This document shows, one piece after another, positions 38,574 through 52,800 of a stretch of 64,000 nt of DNA (its first letter is position 1; each line of letters starts with the position of its first letter). The notes beneath the pieces were generated by a model. The model searched no databases. It saw only the letters and a program-made list of their open reading frames with translations, and was not told where the DNA came from. The translations under genes and the position numbers were made by a program. The DNA lies in contig CAJFCJ010000017.1 of NCBI GenBank assembly GCA_904063045.1, forward strand, positions 434,001 to 498,000, read 5' to 3'. The DNA is from Dimorphilus gyrociliatus (taxonomy: Eukaryota; Animalia; Annelida).

Positions 38574-39150
38574 ATACATCTAACTATGAATTATCGAAAT
38601 TGAACGATTTGATACAATTTGAAAATTAACTGTAATATTATTACGCCCGTTTAATTGCTAATTTAGTTAATCATTACGAAATTTATTACAATACAAAAGT
38701 CTGTGTAAATTTTTTTTAAAAATTACCAAGACCTGCTAGATGGCGTGGATAGATGTTATGCTAAACATCTTGTCTCAGTTGTAACTCTGTTGGCGTTTGA
38801 ATATCTCCTCGAGAGATAGATGAAAATATATTTGGATGTCTGCTATTTCAAGTTTGAGAACAATTAAGCTTACAAGTGAAATCTTTAAGTAATTTTTAGG
38901 TAACTTTTGATTCTATATGATACTTTTTTTGTTTATTTAAATATATATTTTTTATTCTGAAAAGAAACTACAGTTCCTTTATATATAGCATGTTAGCTTT
39001 GAAAATGAAGGAAGGGCTGTTGTGTTCAAATCTATTCAATATATCTTTTTAAGGTTTACTTTCGTGCGAACCATTTAAGTATTTACTTAGATAAATGTTT
39101 CCATCAGCATCCTAAATGTAAATGTATAAAAATAGACTAAACCTACACAC

Positions 39151-39187
<37 letters not shown>

Positions 39188-39830
39188 GTATATATATATA
39201 TATAAATATATATATTTTTTATATAAGTGTAAGCATATTTGTATAAAAAGTAAGATAAAAATGAAGTACATATATATATATCAAATATTGTGTTTTTCCT
39301 GAAACTATAGTAGCTAAAAAGAGAACGCAAAAAAAAAGTCCCAAGTTATGCTACAGAAACAATACCTGAGTCGAAAAGAAACGCGACCAGTTCAGATAGT
39401 CTTTACAATACTGTCTTACTATTAATTGAAAGTAATATTGTTGAGTGAGTCGGTTTCTCGACGTTTTCGGTGAGATTGAGAATTTTTGTATATTATACAA
39501 CTCTTCTATATTGCAGAGACTTTTCAGTATAAACATATATACATTATATTTACTATATATAAATTATTCTGTATAATTATACATTTAAAGGAGTAGTGAC
39601 GTCTCTATGGAAGTATTTCTAATATATACAATTCAAAATTTTTGCGCACAGCCTGTACATAGTACATTTCAATATTTCTTAGGCATCTTGATACTATATA
39701 TATATTCTATATGAACGCTTTTCGAGTTATATATGAAATAAATAGTATTCTATCGACGTTTTTAATTATCTATATTAACATCTAGGTGAACCTTTTAAAA
39801 AAAAAATAAGAAGAAACTTCTTCCCAGAAA

Positions 39831-42800
39831 ATGGATTTTAATTGTAGTACGGAAATAAAATTGCTCAAAGAATGGCGCAATAACGTTGCCGAAAATTTAG
39901 ACAGTTTTTTCCTCATTGTGGTTGCTATTATAATATATTGTAAGTATTTTATTTTTTTCTTCCTTTGAACGTATTCTTGTTTGTTTGATGTAATACAAAA
40001 TTTCTTTTAGCTTTCTTTTCTCTTTAACAATCTTTTACAAGTTAACTTTATGTCATAACAGTTTGATCTTTTTAACATTTCAATTGATATAAATTGATTA
40101 TGTTATTTTTAAAGTTTCAATGAAAATTATATTCTTTATAAAACAAATTATAGACTAATTTTACCTTATGTATATTATCTATTTCATTTTCCTTTCGTTA
40201 ATTTCTATCCTTTTAATAAAATGATCTAGATACGAGATAATAAGGCAAAGAACAACATATTTAAAACAACATTATATATAAGCATATATAATCAACTTTT
40301 GACATGCTTTGCCTTAATAAGTTATGTAATATATCTACTAACACAATTCTAAACATCATAAATAACTATACAATATTTTCATTGAACATTTTACAGTAAT
40401 GCAATGCGGATTTGCTTTCCTTGAATGTGGATCGGTCAGGAGTAAAAATACAACGAATATCTTAATCAAGAATGTCTTAGATTCCTGTAAGTTATCTATT
40501 TATAATAGTTGAATGAATTTAAATAATTTATTCAAATTAACGGATATAATATAGGAAAAAAAAGGAAAGAATCGTTGAGTAATAATAGTAAAAAGAATGA
40601 TTGAAAAATAGATCCAGTTTAATCCATTCGTTATTTATTATAGTCAAGGTTAATGCAAATGTCTCGCTTTTTTGCTTTTTATTATTTTTTATTATTATTA
40701 CTTGGTTTTAGTATACTAAAGTGGTAGTTTCCTTTTATATTCCTTTAAAAGAAATTAACTTAAAGTGTAGTTTTATATAAAGTAGAATAAACTTGATGTA
40801 ATCGCCACAATTTTCCTTTGAAGCTTAATTTGTAAATAAACACGATAATTTTAATTCTTTAAGATAATAACGACATTTTTTTTTGTTTTTTTCATCTTTT
40901 ATATATTTATTAATATTAGTATATATGTATAAAAAACATAGTTTTACGTGTATATCTTTAAATTGGATATAAAGGGAGAGTAGGAAGAATACTCTGAAAA
41001 ATAGAATAGTATTAAAAGCTGGATAATATATACACAAGTATATAAGATAAACAATATTATATATATATAGAGAGAGAGAGAAAGAGGCACTAACTCTTTA
41101 ATGAATATTTTCTTGTTATGTTCTATTTGTAATGAAATTTATTCTTTACAACTTTGACAGCTTCAACTTACTTTTTTCACCTAATTTTATTTTACCAATG
41201 TTTTACTTTCCCCTCTTTTATGATAACACCAAAAGGAAAATGAAAAATAAGAAACTATTGCATCACAGACTTGTTAATCGCCAGTTTCTTTCTATATCTT
41301 ATTCCATAGACTTATACACAATGAGAAAGACACCAAATTTTGTTATTGGCGTAATTTCATATTAGTCATTACCATAAAATCTTTATTATAATTACCTATA
41401 ATTATTATCCAGTGTTTCTTTTATAACATGTCTTTGATGTTTTCTATATGCTCTTGATATCTTCTAGTTCGTGCTCGTATACGTACATGTACCGAGCATA
41501 TTTATATATTTTATAACGTTTGTACTGTTAAACTTTTAAGTTAAATGGTTAAAAATCTATTAAACCCTTTCAAAATTATATGCAGTGAGAAATTTCATAT
41601 AAAAACTTGAGAAAACAGTCACGTGAAACTGGACGGACAAAAGGCATATTCTATTAAAACAGCCATTCGATATAAAAGGAACAATTGTTTATTGATAACA
41701 TAGCAAGCTTGAACTTTTATTTTTTTCTTTTCAATTCTATATTTTAAAAAAGAATTTTTTTAATACGGCAAGGCATTTATTAAAATATTCTTTTCCCTTT
41801 TCTTCCGTCAGTCCACCAAAAGTTATTTATTTAGCTTTCTTCACACATCATAGCTTATTTTGGTGATAAAACGAAGAAAATATCAAAGTAGAATATGCTA
41901 AAATGTCCAAAAATGAGGAGATTTCAATTTTCTTATTGGTTGAATATTTCCTTTATTCGACTTTCATTAATTTTCTTAATCCTATTCATAAATTGTTTCA
42001 TTCGTTTAAATATCGTTAGTTTTTCTCTCTATCTCCTATCTCATTAGGCCTTTTAAGTTCACTTATAACACTTGAAGATATGTGTTTAATGCTCCTATGC
42101 CTTTAAGGTATCAAGATTAATGAGTAAATGAATATTAACATACTCTAAATTTAAATATTTTACTGCTTTTTTTTTGTTTTTCATTATCTTATTCTATATT
42201 TAGATTGCTCTCACTCACTCCCTCTATTTCTCTGTCTCTCTGTCTCTCTGTCTCACTCTCTCCTACCCTCTCTATCTTCCTCGCCCTTAATAATATTTTC
42301 CTTTGTTATTAAGAGTAATTAAGGACAAATTGTAGTAAAAATGCAGCTTGGAAAAATGATATTAACAAATTCTCTCTGTTTATTTCTTGGAATCGTAGCT
42401 TTTATATAATTAAGATATGATAAATATTCATTTTGTATGTTTGTAATTAGATTAGTAAAAATCTTTTAATCGCATCCAGCAGAACAGCTTGAGAGAAAGG
42501 TTATTTTGATCTAAAAAGACAAAGTCTCTCATTCATAGTTTAAATGAAATATACTCATTTTCATTCCATTAGTGATTAATTTGTTGTTTGTTTTCTCTTT
42601 TTACTTTTCACAAGTTATTGCTGGAGTGGCGTATTGGATTTTTGGATATGCATTAGCTTTTGGGGATGATGTTGGAGGCTTTGTAGGATCGACTTACTGG
42701 GCACTTGGAAACAAGCCAAAAAAATTGGCACATTGGTTTTATCATTACGTTTTCGCCGCAACTGCAGCGACTATCGTTTCTGGAGCTTTAGCTGAAAGAT

Positions 42801-45556
42801 GCAATTTTATCGCATATCTCGTTTATAGTTTCATAATTTCAGGTAGAATCCTGATAATTTATGTTAAATCACAATCTTTCTCTCTTCCGTATGAAGTTTG
42901 TGTTTAATGACAAATATTTTTCTCTTTGCTATTAGGTTTTATATATCCTATTGGATCACATTGGTCAAAGTCTGCCGCTGGTTGGTTAGCCAAAGGTATC
43001 CAATTTGACGGTGACAAGATCAAATATTTAGATTCAGCGGGCAGCGGAGCAGTTCACGGTATGGGTGGAATATTAGCCCTTACAGGAGCTATTATAATGG
43101 GGCCAAGAATTGGTCGATTTGACGATGTGGACGGAAAACCAAAACCAATTAGAGGACATTCTGTTCCTTTGGCGGCTTTGGGCGGTTTTATCCTTTACTT
43201 TGGCTTCTTGGCTTACAACGGAGGGGCTAAAGGTACATTATCCAACGAAGGAGATGGAAATGAAATTGCACTATCAATTGTAAATACTATAGTTTCCGGT
43301 TCTGGTGCTGCAATGATGGCTTTGCTCTTACAAAGATATTTATCAGGAAGAAATGGTCAAATACCTAAATGGAGTTTGTTAACAACTATTAACGGTGGTT
43401 TGGCTGGAATGGTGTCAATTTGCGCTGGCTGCAAAAGTGTAGAACCATGGGCTTCGTTCATTACCGGTTGTATCGCCGCAATAGCTTATATGCTTTGGAG
43501 TAAGCTTCTTCTAAAGATGCAAATCGATGATCCAATAGACGCATTTGCCGTTCATGCAGGGGGAGGAATATGGGGAGTTTTAGCCGCTCCAATCTTTAAA
43601 TCAGGCGATGGTATAGTTTACGGAGGGAGCAGAGCTTCTTTCGTTCTATTTGGATGGAATCTTGTTGGTAAGTCAATAATCAATACTGTCCATAGATTTT
43701 ATATATTCACGTGTAAATATATACAAACGTATACATAGAGAATTCTCGGAAAAATTTCAATTAATGGACAAAGTGAAAGATAATTTTTTGCGGAGTACAT
43801 TACTCTTACTACAGTAGGCTTTTTCTTTTAGGTTAGTGACAGTTATTTCTAGTTAGAGGAAAAACGGTAGATTTACTAGCAATTATTAAATGACTAATGC
43901 AATAATACATTGACATAGGAGTGAATATATAAAATAATTTATAATTAATATATTCTTATTATTATAGAATTTATATCTATAAATAATCTTTGTATATCTT
44001 TATATATTTACTGTAGAAACTATCTTTTAAAGAGTAACCTATTGTAGGATAAATATTTTATTCAACTAATTATTAAGGTTTTAAAGATCAATTCAACTTG
44101 TCTTCTTTGTTAAAATAGCATCAATTTAATATAAAAAATAGTCTTTCATCAATCTAGGAAAATTGGTACTATATATAGCAGATATATATATATATATATA
44201 TACATATATGTTTAGATATGATATCTATTTATAGTTTTATTAATAGATGGAATCAAAGAAATAGGGCAAATAAGATAAAAAAAACAATAGAAGCTGTGTA
44301 TAGTTGTCTATTTTTATGCAATTAAGATAAATCTAAAGACGTTAAACTTCTCCTCTCTCTCTCTCTCTCTCTCTTTAGCATACTAATCTAGATCTGTTAC
44401 ATCTCACTTGGAAAAGAATCTAAAACAGAGACGAGATATTTAAGTAGTTTCTTATTATAATAATTTATTAGAATCTTTATTTGTATTCAAATATACAAAG
44501 ATTTCAATAATCTTTTTATTTTCGGTATTTTAATATTATTAATCTATTATTTAAATGATAAAATACTATATATTATATATATATTACATTGTAAATTGTA
44601 TAGTATAAAATAACTAACCCTATTTCCAAAAGAAAACTTCTATAATCCCTTCCAGAGCATCAATATGGATTCTGAGAATGGAATTTCCTTTGCCTTTTTT
44701 TTCTTTTCTTCTATTCCTCTTTTTTAGTTTAAAAATCTTTCCTATTTTTTACATATAGTACATTTAGAATGAATGGTAAACAAAACTGAAATTACTGAAA
44801 TAGTGAAGAGAAATTCCTTATAGTTCTTAATATATTCAACAATAATTAGTTAAGAATAAGCTTTTAAGGATTATTTAGATATATATAAATATTCAAGTAA
44901 TCAGTTTACATGTGGCACATCTGCATAAAAATGCATATTTAAAGATGATTAAACGGTTTGTATTGATAACAGGTGTAATTGTTTACATCGCTTGGTCTGG
45001 TTTCAGTGGTTTTGTCTTATTTTTTACTCTACATAAATTGGATTTGTTAAGAGTTCCTACAAGATTGGAACATTCTGGTTTAGATATACCAAAACATGAC
45101 GAACCAGCTTATCCTGGAGATAAATTAACTTATATTGAAGATTTAAGAGCGGCGACTAGAGGACGAAGGGGAACAATGTTTCATCTGGGAATGTTGTCGA
45201 GAATGGGCAAATTAAATAAATCTTTCGAGACTGATGAAGACGAGAAGAACTCTCAAACTTCAGCTCCTTGTTCTCCCAATGTTAAGTCAAGAAGAGTGAG
45301 TAGAGTAAAATTTGGAAGTGTAGAATCGCCAATACGAAGAAAGGAACAAGACGATTCGGACGACGATAAAGAGGCTGTAAACGGAAATATTATTCACGAA
45401 GAAGTACGAATCGACTCACTAGACGAAGTAAAAGAAGAGAACGATGAATTCGATGAAATGACAGATGAACCTAATGGGAATGAATTGAATCATAATATTA
45501 AAGTTGTAACAATAAGCGAAACAGGTATGAAAGATACAAATTCATCAGAATTATAA
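39831..45556 (+). CDS. Ammonium transporter (Amt family); exons 39831-39939, 40397-40486, 42615-42842, 42936-43667, 44973-45556
   Basis: [33 protein letters not shown], twin His residues (GAVHG and FAVHA), DDPIDA; long acidic C-terminal tail. Confidence 0.92.
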
Positions 45557-45563
45557 CATTAAA

Positions 45564-45565
45564 AG

Positions 45566-45596
<31 letters not shown>
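45564..45596. repeat. (GAA)n microsatellite just after the Amt stop codon
   Basis: Direct reading. Confidence 0.9.
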
Positions 45597-45597
<1 letters not shown>

Positions 45598-45673
45598 GAA
45601 GAAGAACTTTTATGTTTTTGAAATCATTTTATTTTTATGAAACAGGAAGAAACTATTGCATATCGAAATATAT

Positions 45674-45706
<33 letters not shown>

Positions 45707-46134
45707 TTTAATCTCAATTACTTTTAAGTTATACAACAGACAAATTTATTCTTTATTGGTTATATATTTATATATTTTAATTTTTTCTTGAAAGAAGGAT
45801 CTTCTAAACAATTTACCGCATATTTAAAAACTAAAGAAATTGCTTCTAATCAACATTGATTAAAGAGGAAAAAAATTGAAAACTTTATTCTTTTTTATAT
45901 TGTGAAATGTAAAACTAGTGAAACTTGTTCTTATGCTTCTTTTTTCTTTCTTTCTCTCTCTCTCTATCTCTCTCTCTCTATCTTCTTTTCTTTATTTTTA
46001 ATCTAATATTTGTATTTATTGTAACTTTATTTAATACAAAAAAAGACATTTTTTTTATTCTTAATTTGGAATATTCTATGAATATATTTACTATTTCTTC
46101 TCTTCCCTCTTTTAAATGTGTTTCGTAGTTCCGT

Positions 46135-47086
46135 CTAAGCTGATGGTTGCTTTTCAACGTCGCTTAGGAATACTATATGCTTTATCCATTCGTAAAAACA
46201 GTTTAACCAATTAGTAGATTTTCTACTATCAAGATGACCTTGGCTGTAAAAATAGTTTTGAATTAGGACAGTTGCAGTCAAAATTCCGAGCCAACTCAGA
46301 GTCGTTAGGGTTTCGCTCTGAAAGGATAAAAGAAAACACAAATCAGGATATGTCAGGTATTAATCTAGCTTTATAATATTTTTTCTTATGTATTATCGTT
46401 CATCTTAATCCGTTTAATTCATGAATAGTGCGATTAAAGTTCGTTGACATCGTTGATCATATAATTTTCGACTATTTAAATGAATCACTAATGTATAGCA
46501 AGCAATCTTGTGGATGGTGAATATTTGAAATAATTGCGCTAGCAGCCTCTACTAAGATGTTGGAAGTAGAATATTATACTCTAAATTAGCGTTTTTAATA
46601 GCCTAATGTTTACACATATTGGATATATTTAAAGTTTGTCTGTTATATAACAACGTTTGAACAGTAAATATATAAATATATAAATTCGTTCTACAAATGA
46701 CCTGTAGATGGGGCTATCTAACATTTAATCAGCATTAAATACTTTTTAGAGTAATCTTAAAGCTATATAGGATATTGGAAATTTAAAGATGACAACATTG
46801 AAAGAAATAGATTAAAAAATAGTATTATCTATATTTAATATAAATGAATTATTATTTCTTTTACCTGTTTATTATACAGAAATGATCTGATAATCTCAAG
46901 ATTGGTAGATTTAACTGCAGTTTGTCCTCGAGAATTAGATATCGATCTGTAATTTATTGGGGAACTCCTTGATCTATTAATAGTTTCTTTTCTTTTTTTC
47001 CTCAACCTTTTTCCGAAAGACATTGATCTCAACCTTGGTTTTCTTGTTTTAGTTAAATTTCTCGCTTTAAAAGATGCTTTCTCCAT
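46135..47086 (-). CDS. Candidate two-exon orphan gene (47086-46865 joined to 46317-46135), 134 aa
   Basis: 74-codon basic, Ser/Arg-rich exon ending CAG|gtaaaa; strong acceptor ttttcttttatcctttcag leads in phase 0 into a 60-codon exon. Confidence 0.45.
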
Positions 47087-49898
47087 ATTTTATAGTTTAA
47101 AAGATAAAAAATCCAATTATTCCCTATATGTTTTATGTTTTGTTTTTGATTTTCAGTTAATAATTTAATAACCAAATAGAAATAATTCAAAAATATCAAT
47201 TGTAAGTTTTTCCTTTGTTGTTCCGTTTTTGAATAAATTAAAATTTTTCGTATATAATTAATAGATAATCATTTTTTTGAATATTTAACTAACAATTTGT
47301 TTTCAAACAAAACTTGAACAAAGTATAATAGTATAAAAGATTGTATAAAAACAAGACAATCTATATAAATATTGAATGTTTACAGTATTTATACTGTATA
47401 GTTATAAAGAAAAAGCAATACATTTGTAAATTATGTACAAGTATACATATATATAACTTTAGGATGCTGTTTATAAGTAAAGAGTATACACCTTTTAATA
47501 AAGTTCAGAGGAATTAAAGAAGGAAATTTAAACTAATTCAACGAAAATGTCAAATGTTCTTTCCTTGTCTTCTTAAATCTTTTTACCTTTTTTCCCCTTT
47601 TAAATATTGAATAGTTTTAATAAACGAAAGTATACTTAATACTTATTGCAAAAAGTAATGGTTACTTGTGATAGGGGGCGGGAGAGAGAGAGAGAGAGAG
47701 AAGGAAATAGAAGACGAATGAGGGCAAAGTAATTAAAAAAAATGCAATATCATATCTTATTTTAGTCATATAACTCCTTATAAAGCAGTAATAATAATGG
47801 GGTTAATAAAACATGTCTATTCTCTCTATATTACATATGAAAATGAATGAAAAAGATAGTAAGGAATTTTGATTTACTAAAAACAACATAAAACCAAAAA
47901 GAAGCACGTCAATAGAAACTATAAAAAAGAGGGAAAGAGGAGGATTTTCACCATCAAAAAGAGAGAAAATCGTAACCGATTAAATATTGCCAATCGACTT
48001 TAATTATTTTTCTTCTTATTAAAAACGTTAAATATTAAGATAATTTATTCATATTTTATTGATTATATGTAAAAAAATTTACTATTTATAGATATTTTAA
48101 CTTTTGTTATATAATCATTATTAATGATGATTTATGAGAATAGTAAAGTTTATATAACGATAACGATTTTTTACCCATTTTCTTTATTGATTTTCCTTTT
48201 AAACGTTAAATATAGACTACAACTAAAACTGTTTTCTTTGAAAGAATTACATAACAGTTTATTAAAAGGAACAAAATGCTTAATGCTAAAACCATAAAAG
48301 TTAATATGTTTACATCAAGCACGATATATTTTTTTTATTTTCTCCTTTTTAAAATTCTCAGCTTTTCTCTCTCTCTCTCTCTCAGTTCCCTCTCCGTCCT
48401 CTTCTTTCTTTTCTATCTTTTTTCCCTTATATTTCTTTATTTTGCTCAAGAAGAAGAAAACACTAGATAATCCCATTTATATAAACCAAGCACAGAAATA
48501 AATAGATATATAAACAAAAAGAAAAGTCATTTTCCTAAAAGATATTAAGTTGATTGTAGTAAGAAGTAGTATTATGCCTCTACCCTTTTCACATTTTATA
48601 TCTCTTTCACTCATTCATTCTACTGTTTTCCTTATTCTATCTACAATATCATTCTGATTTTACATATGAAATCTGTGCCTTTTCTTAATTTGATATAGTC
48701 CAAAGACCCGAATAATGAGTTTTCTATGCAATATTATCTCTGACAGATGCCTATTTTAGAAGCGAAAAATTATTCTAAATTAATTCAAAGCTTTTTGTAG
48801 AAAGAGGGAGCAATGTTTTGTTTACCTATTTTATTTATATTCTATATTTTTGTTTGGTTTGTCATAAAGTTAAATTTGTGACATTTGATGAGTTATATAT
48901 AGTATATTGTATATACAGCATATACTGTATATATATATATAAATAATATATAAAAATAGCATATTCCTTATATTCCGTATATAAAGTATATAGAGTATAT
49001 ATGTAAAAGAATTGTATTCATATTTCATACCTCTTTTTTTATATAAATACAATACGAAAGAATAATTCTTCACTTGATTTAATGCGTCGCCGAAAAGAAA
49101 GAAAAGTGCACAATGCATGAAACAAGTTTTTTTTAAATATTAACTTAATAAAAAACGGATTTAAAGCAACTTATATATGTATTCTTTTTCTCCTTCTTCT
49201 TCTTCTTCTCCTTCTCCTTCTCTTCTTTCTCTCTCTCTCTCTCTTTCTATTTGTAGATACTATAGCTATAGTCAATTTTTGTATTATTTATAATTGTTAA
49301 GCTTTTGTTTTTCCTCTTCTTCTTTTTTCCCTATAGATGGCACGATATCTTATTTTTATTAGTAGTAGGGAATCAATTGGGGGTAGAAAACTTTTTAAAA
49401 GTTATCAATTTGTCTATTCATTTGTATTGCAAATTGCGAGTAAAGAGTTTGAGTAAGCGTTGATGAAGTTGAATTAGGATTGTAAGACTAAGTTAGAAGC
49501 AAAAACGACTCTCATTGATATTACTACCGTCAAACTGCAAAAACAATTCCAGTCGCGTACGACTGACCGGAAATAACTGACACCTATATATACACGAGCA
49601 GACTCATTATTTCTAAACGGCCTTCAAGAGAGCCTGATTTTTTCGTTAACTTTAACGCGTAATAAGCTAAAATATGAATGTTATCTATAAACCTATCAAA
49701 TATTCAATAGAAATCATAAATTAAAGAATTACTATCGCTTAATAACTTGTATTATTAATTATATATTTATAGACTAAAAATATAGAATAATACCGCACCC
49801 TTACTCCGCTAATCCCGACTAATCGTCGAAAGACAATCGCTCCCCTACCCCTTCGCCAGGTGGCGTTTGGTATTTGAAAAAAAAATCTGCGTCAGAAA

Positions 49899-52800
49899 AT
49901 GATTGTGCTTATCTACTGCTACTTGCTCATTAACGTTATCAACAAAAGTTTACAGGAATACGACTGGCATTCAAATTTTACACAAGATTCGGTATGCTAG
50001 ACTTGTTCAATTCAATTTAAACAGCAACTAATATACTTATATTGATTAGTGTTTAATCAGTTTTATTATTACTATTATTATTGTTGTTATTATTACTACT
50101 ATTAAATATTTATATATCGGTAGGTAGAGAAAACTTTGGCCGAGGTACTTGGGCCATATCCTCCAAAATTTTATGATAATCGAACAACGATAAGAATAGG
50201 TTACCTGGCAACTGATCAGAATGTACGTCCGGCTGTAAAGGGATTAGCGAGAACAGTTTCTGGAGCAGTGACTCTTGCTGTGCTGAAAATTAACCAAGAT
50301 CCGAACATTCTGCCAGGTTACAGATTGGATTTTTTATATTCCGATGATAGAGGGGATAGCCTTATAGGAACAAATAGGATTTGTGAACAGTGGAAGAGAG
50401 GAGCCTTAGCATTTTTCGGTCCGGAAGACTCATGTGATACTGAAGCAAGATTGGCAGCAGCGTGGAATTTACCTCTCATATCTTTTGTAAGTAATTAGTT
50501 TATATAATAAAAATCCTGGAAAAAAAAACCAATTAATTGAAATTGAATTAAAATAAAAACAAACATAAACACCCATTCAATTAAATAACACTTAAACATA
50601 ATATAAAGTGATAACTCTACGTAACTTGAATTTCGGAAATAAGCTAATATGAGTCAAGTATGAAGATTAACTAATCTCCAATTGGATAATACTAACTTCA
50701 CAGTTAATTATATTAAACGTTGATTAAATTTCAATAAGTTTTAATATGGTATTCTAAATGTGTAATCTAATATACAGTATATTGTATATATATATATTTG
50801 ACTCTACGTAGACTCTATACAATATAAGAGGAATTCATTTTTTTACTACAAGACTCTTATTATTTTTCTTAAACATTTCGGCGTCTAAGAACTTGTTAGT
50901 TGTCTTTTAGATCCAATTGTTAGAGAATTCAATAGATTATAGTTTGTATATAACTAAGGCAGGGGGTAGAGAGCGGGTGAGTTGAAGGTTTACTGTTCAT
51001 AAACAAACGAAATTGTGACTAAGAGATTGACTCAACACGATAAGCTATATTCTTGTATTTTTTTTTAACACGATTAACTCCATCAATCTACACGTTAAAT
51101 TGTGGATAATATGAAAATTCCGTATTTGGATCATATCTTCCTTAGCAGTCTATTCATTGCCTTTTTTTTTTACTCTATAAAGAAAAAACTTAATGAAATA
51201 AGACAACTAATAAGAAATAGTCTGGATAGGTAAATTAATATAAAAAAAAAAATCAATCCATCCTTGAACGCTACTCCAACTAGAATACATTTCTGTATTA
51301 TTCTTAAGAAGTATAGTTAATTTTTATAGAGTTGTTTAAATATTTCCTTACTAAAGTATACAATGTATAATTAAAGGATATATATATATATATATATTGT
51401 ATATAACTTTATATAGTATATTAAAAAGCAATTTTGAAAAATTCTCAATATTTCTTCTATATATTAAAAAAGTTAAAAATAACGTGGTTAATATATTTAT
51501 AACTGATTTTATTGTCATCTTTTCTCTCTCTCTCTCTGTAATGTTGACTACGAAAAGAGTATAAAAAGAAGAAGAATAGAAAAAAATATCTATGTATTTT
51601 CTTTTCTCTATCTGTTTCATTTTGTTGCTGCTTTATCAATGCCGAACAATTCTGTTTCTTTGAAGGGATGGTAGTGTCTTCTTTCTTCTTGTACCATAGC
51701 CTCTTTATTCTTTTTTTTTCCTGTTTAACCATCTATATTTTTAATATTTTGAGGGAGATTATAAAAAATTGCCCTTCTCACTCTTTCTTTCTCTCTCTCT
51801 CTCTCTCTCTCTTGATAGAATAGAAATATATAATTAATATAATAGATAATTCTGTTTTCTCCCTCTTAAACATCCTTGCTCTCCTTTTCTCCTTGGTTTT
51901 AATTTTTACTTTCATCTGTCCCAAGGCGCTTAATTGTCAGTTTTGTGCTGTTCATAAGGAATATTTACATGGTAACAAAGTGTATTTGTTTTTTGATCTA
52001 TATTGGAATATTTTCCTTGTTACACTGTTTCGTTTGTATCTTAACCATTCGTACCACCGGATTACAAGTATAATTGTATAAATAGCCAAAAAGCCAATTG
52101 AGGCCTTGTAATTACATAAAAAGACCTCCACCTGCAAGGGTCTTATTCCCACTTTGTAGTTCTTCCGTTGTTTCATTTAGCGTATGATTTTCTTTACTTT
52201 ACTGATCAGTCCATAATTGACTTCATTAAATGAGTATTTAAAGAGTTAACGTTTATGAATAATTATCTTTGGCAATCACCATTCGTCTATTCTCCATCAA
52301 TCCCTACCTAGTAGAGAGTTGTTTAGCATTAAAGTTAGTTTGTAGATTGTGGTATTTTTCCATTAAATCTTTAATAATCTTTTTTAACATTCAAGAGCGT
52401 TAGGAAGAGACAGAAACTTAAGAAAATTAATAAATCTCATGTATATTTTTGCCTCATTATGTCAAAATCATGTGTGCGCTTAAAGGAATCGTTCTACATA
52501 ATAATTACCTGAGAAACGGCTGCATTGAATAATATTACATACACAGAGAGAAAATTTACCTATGTATATGTATAAAGCTAGTCTATAAAGATAATAAACT
52601 ATATGTATATATATATATACTGTATATACACACACAAGATTTATAAGTGTTTTACCATATGTTATAGGGAATTTATTGTAGTCTTGCCAAGTTCTGCGAT
52701 CATCTGTAAAATAGAAAAAAATTTCCTGCCTCTTCTTACCCTAAATCGATTTATTACAATAGGCAGAAACAACCTGCTAGTGAATAGACCATTAATTCTA

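Noticed and set aside
41618-41680. GTCACGTGA E-box plus TATAAAAG inside the Amt intron (internal promoter?)
   Set aside because: No downstream exon or start could be linked to it, and short motifs arise often by chance.
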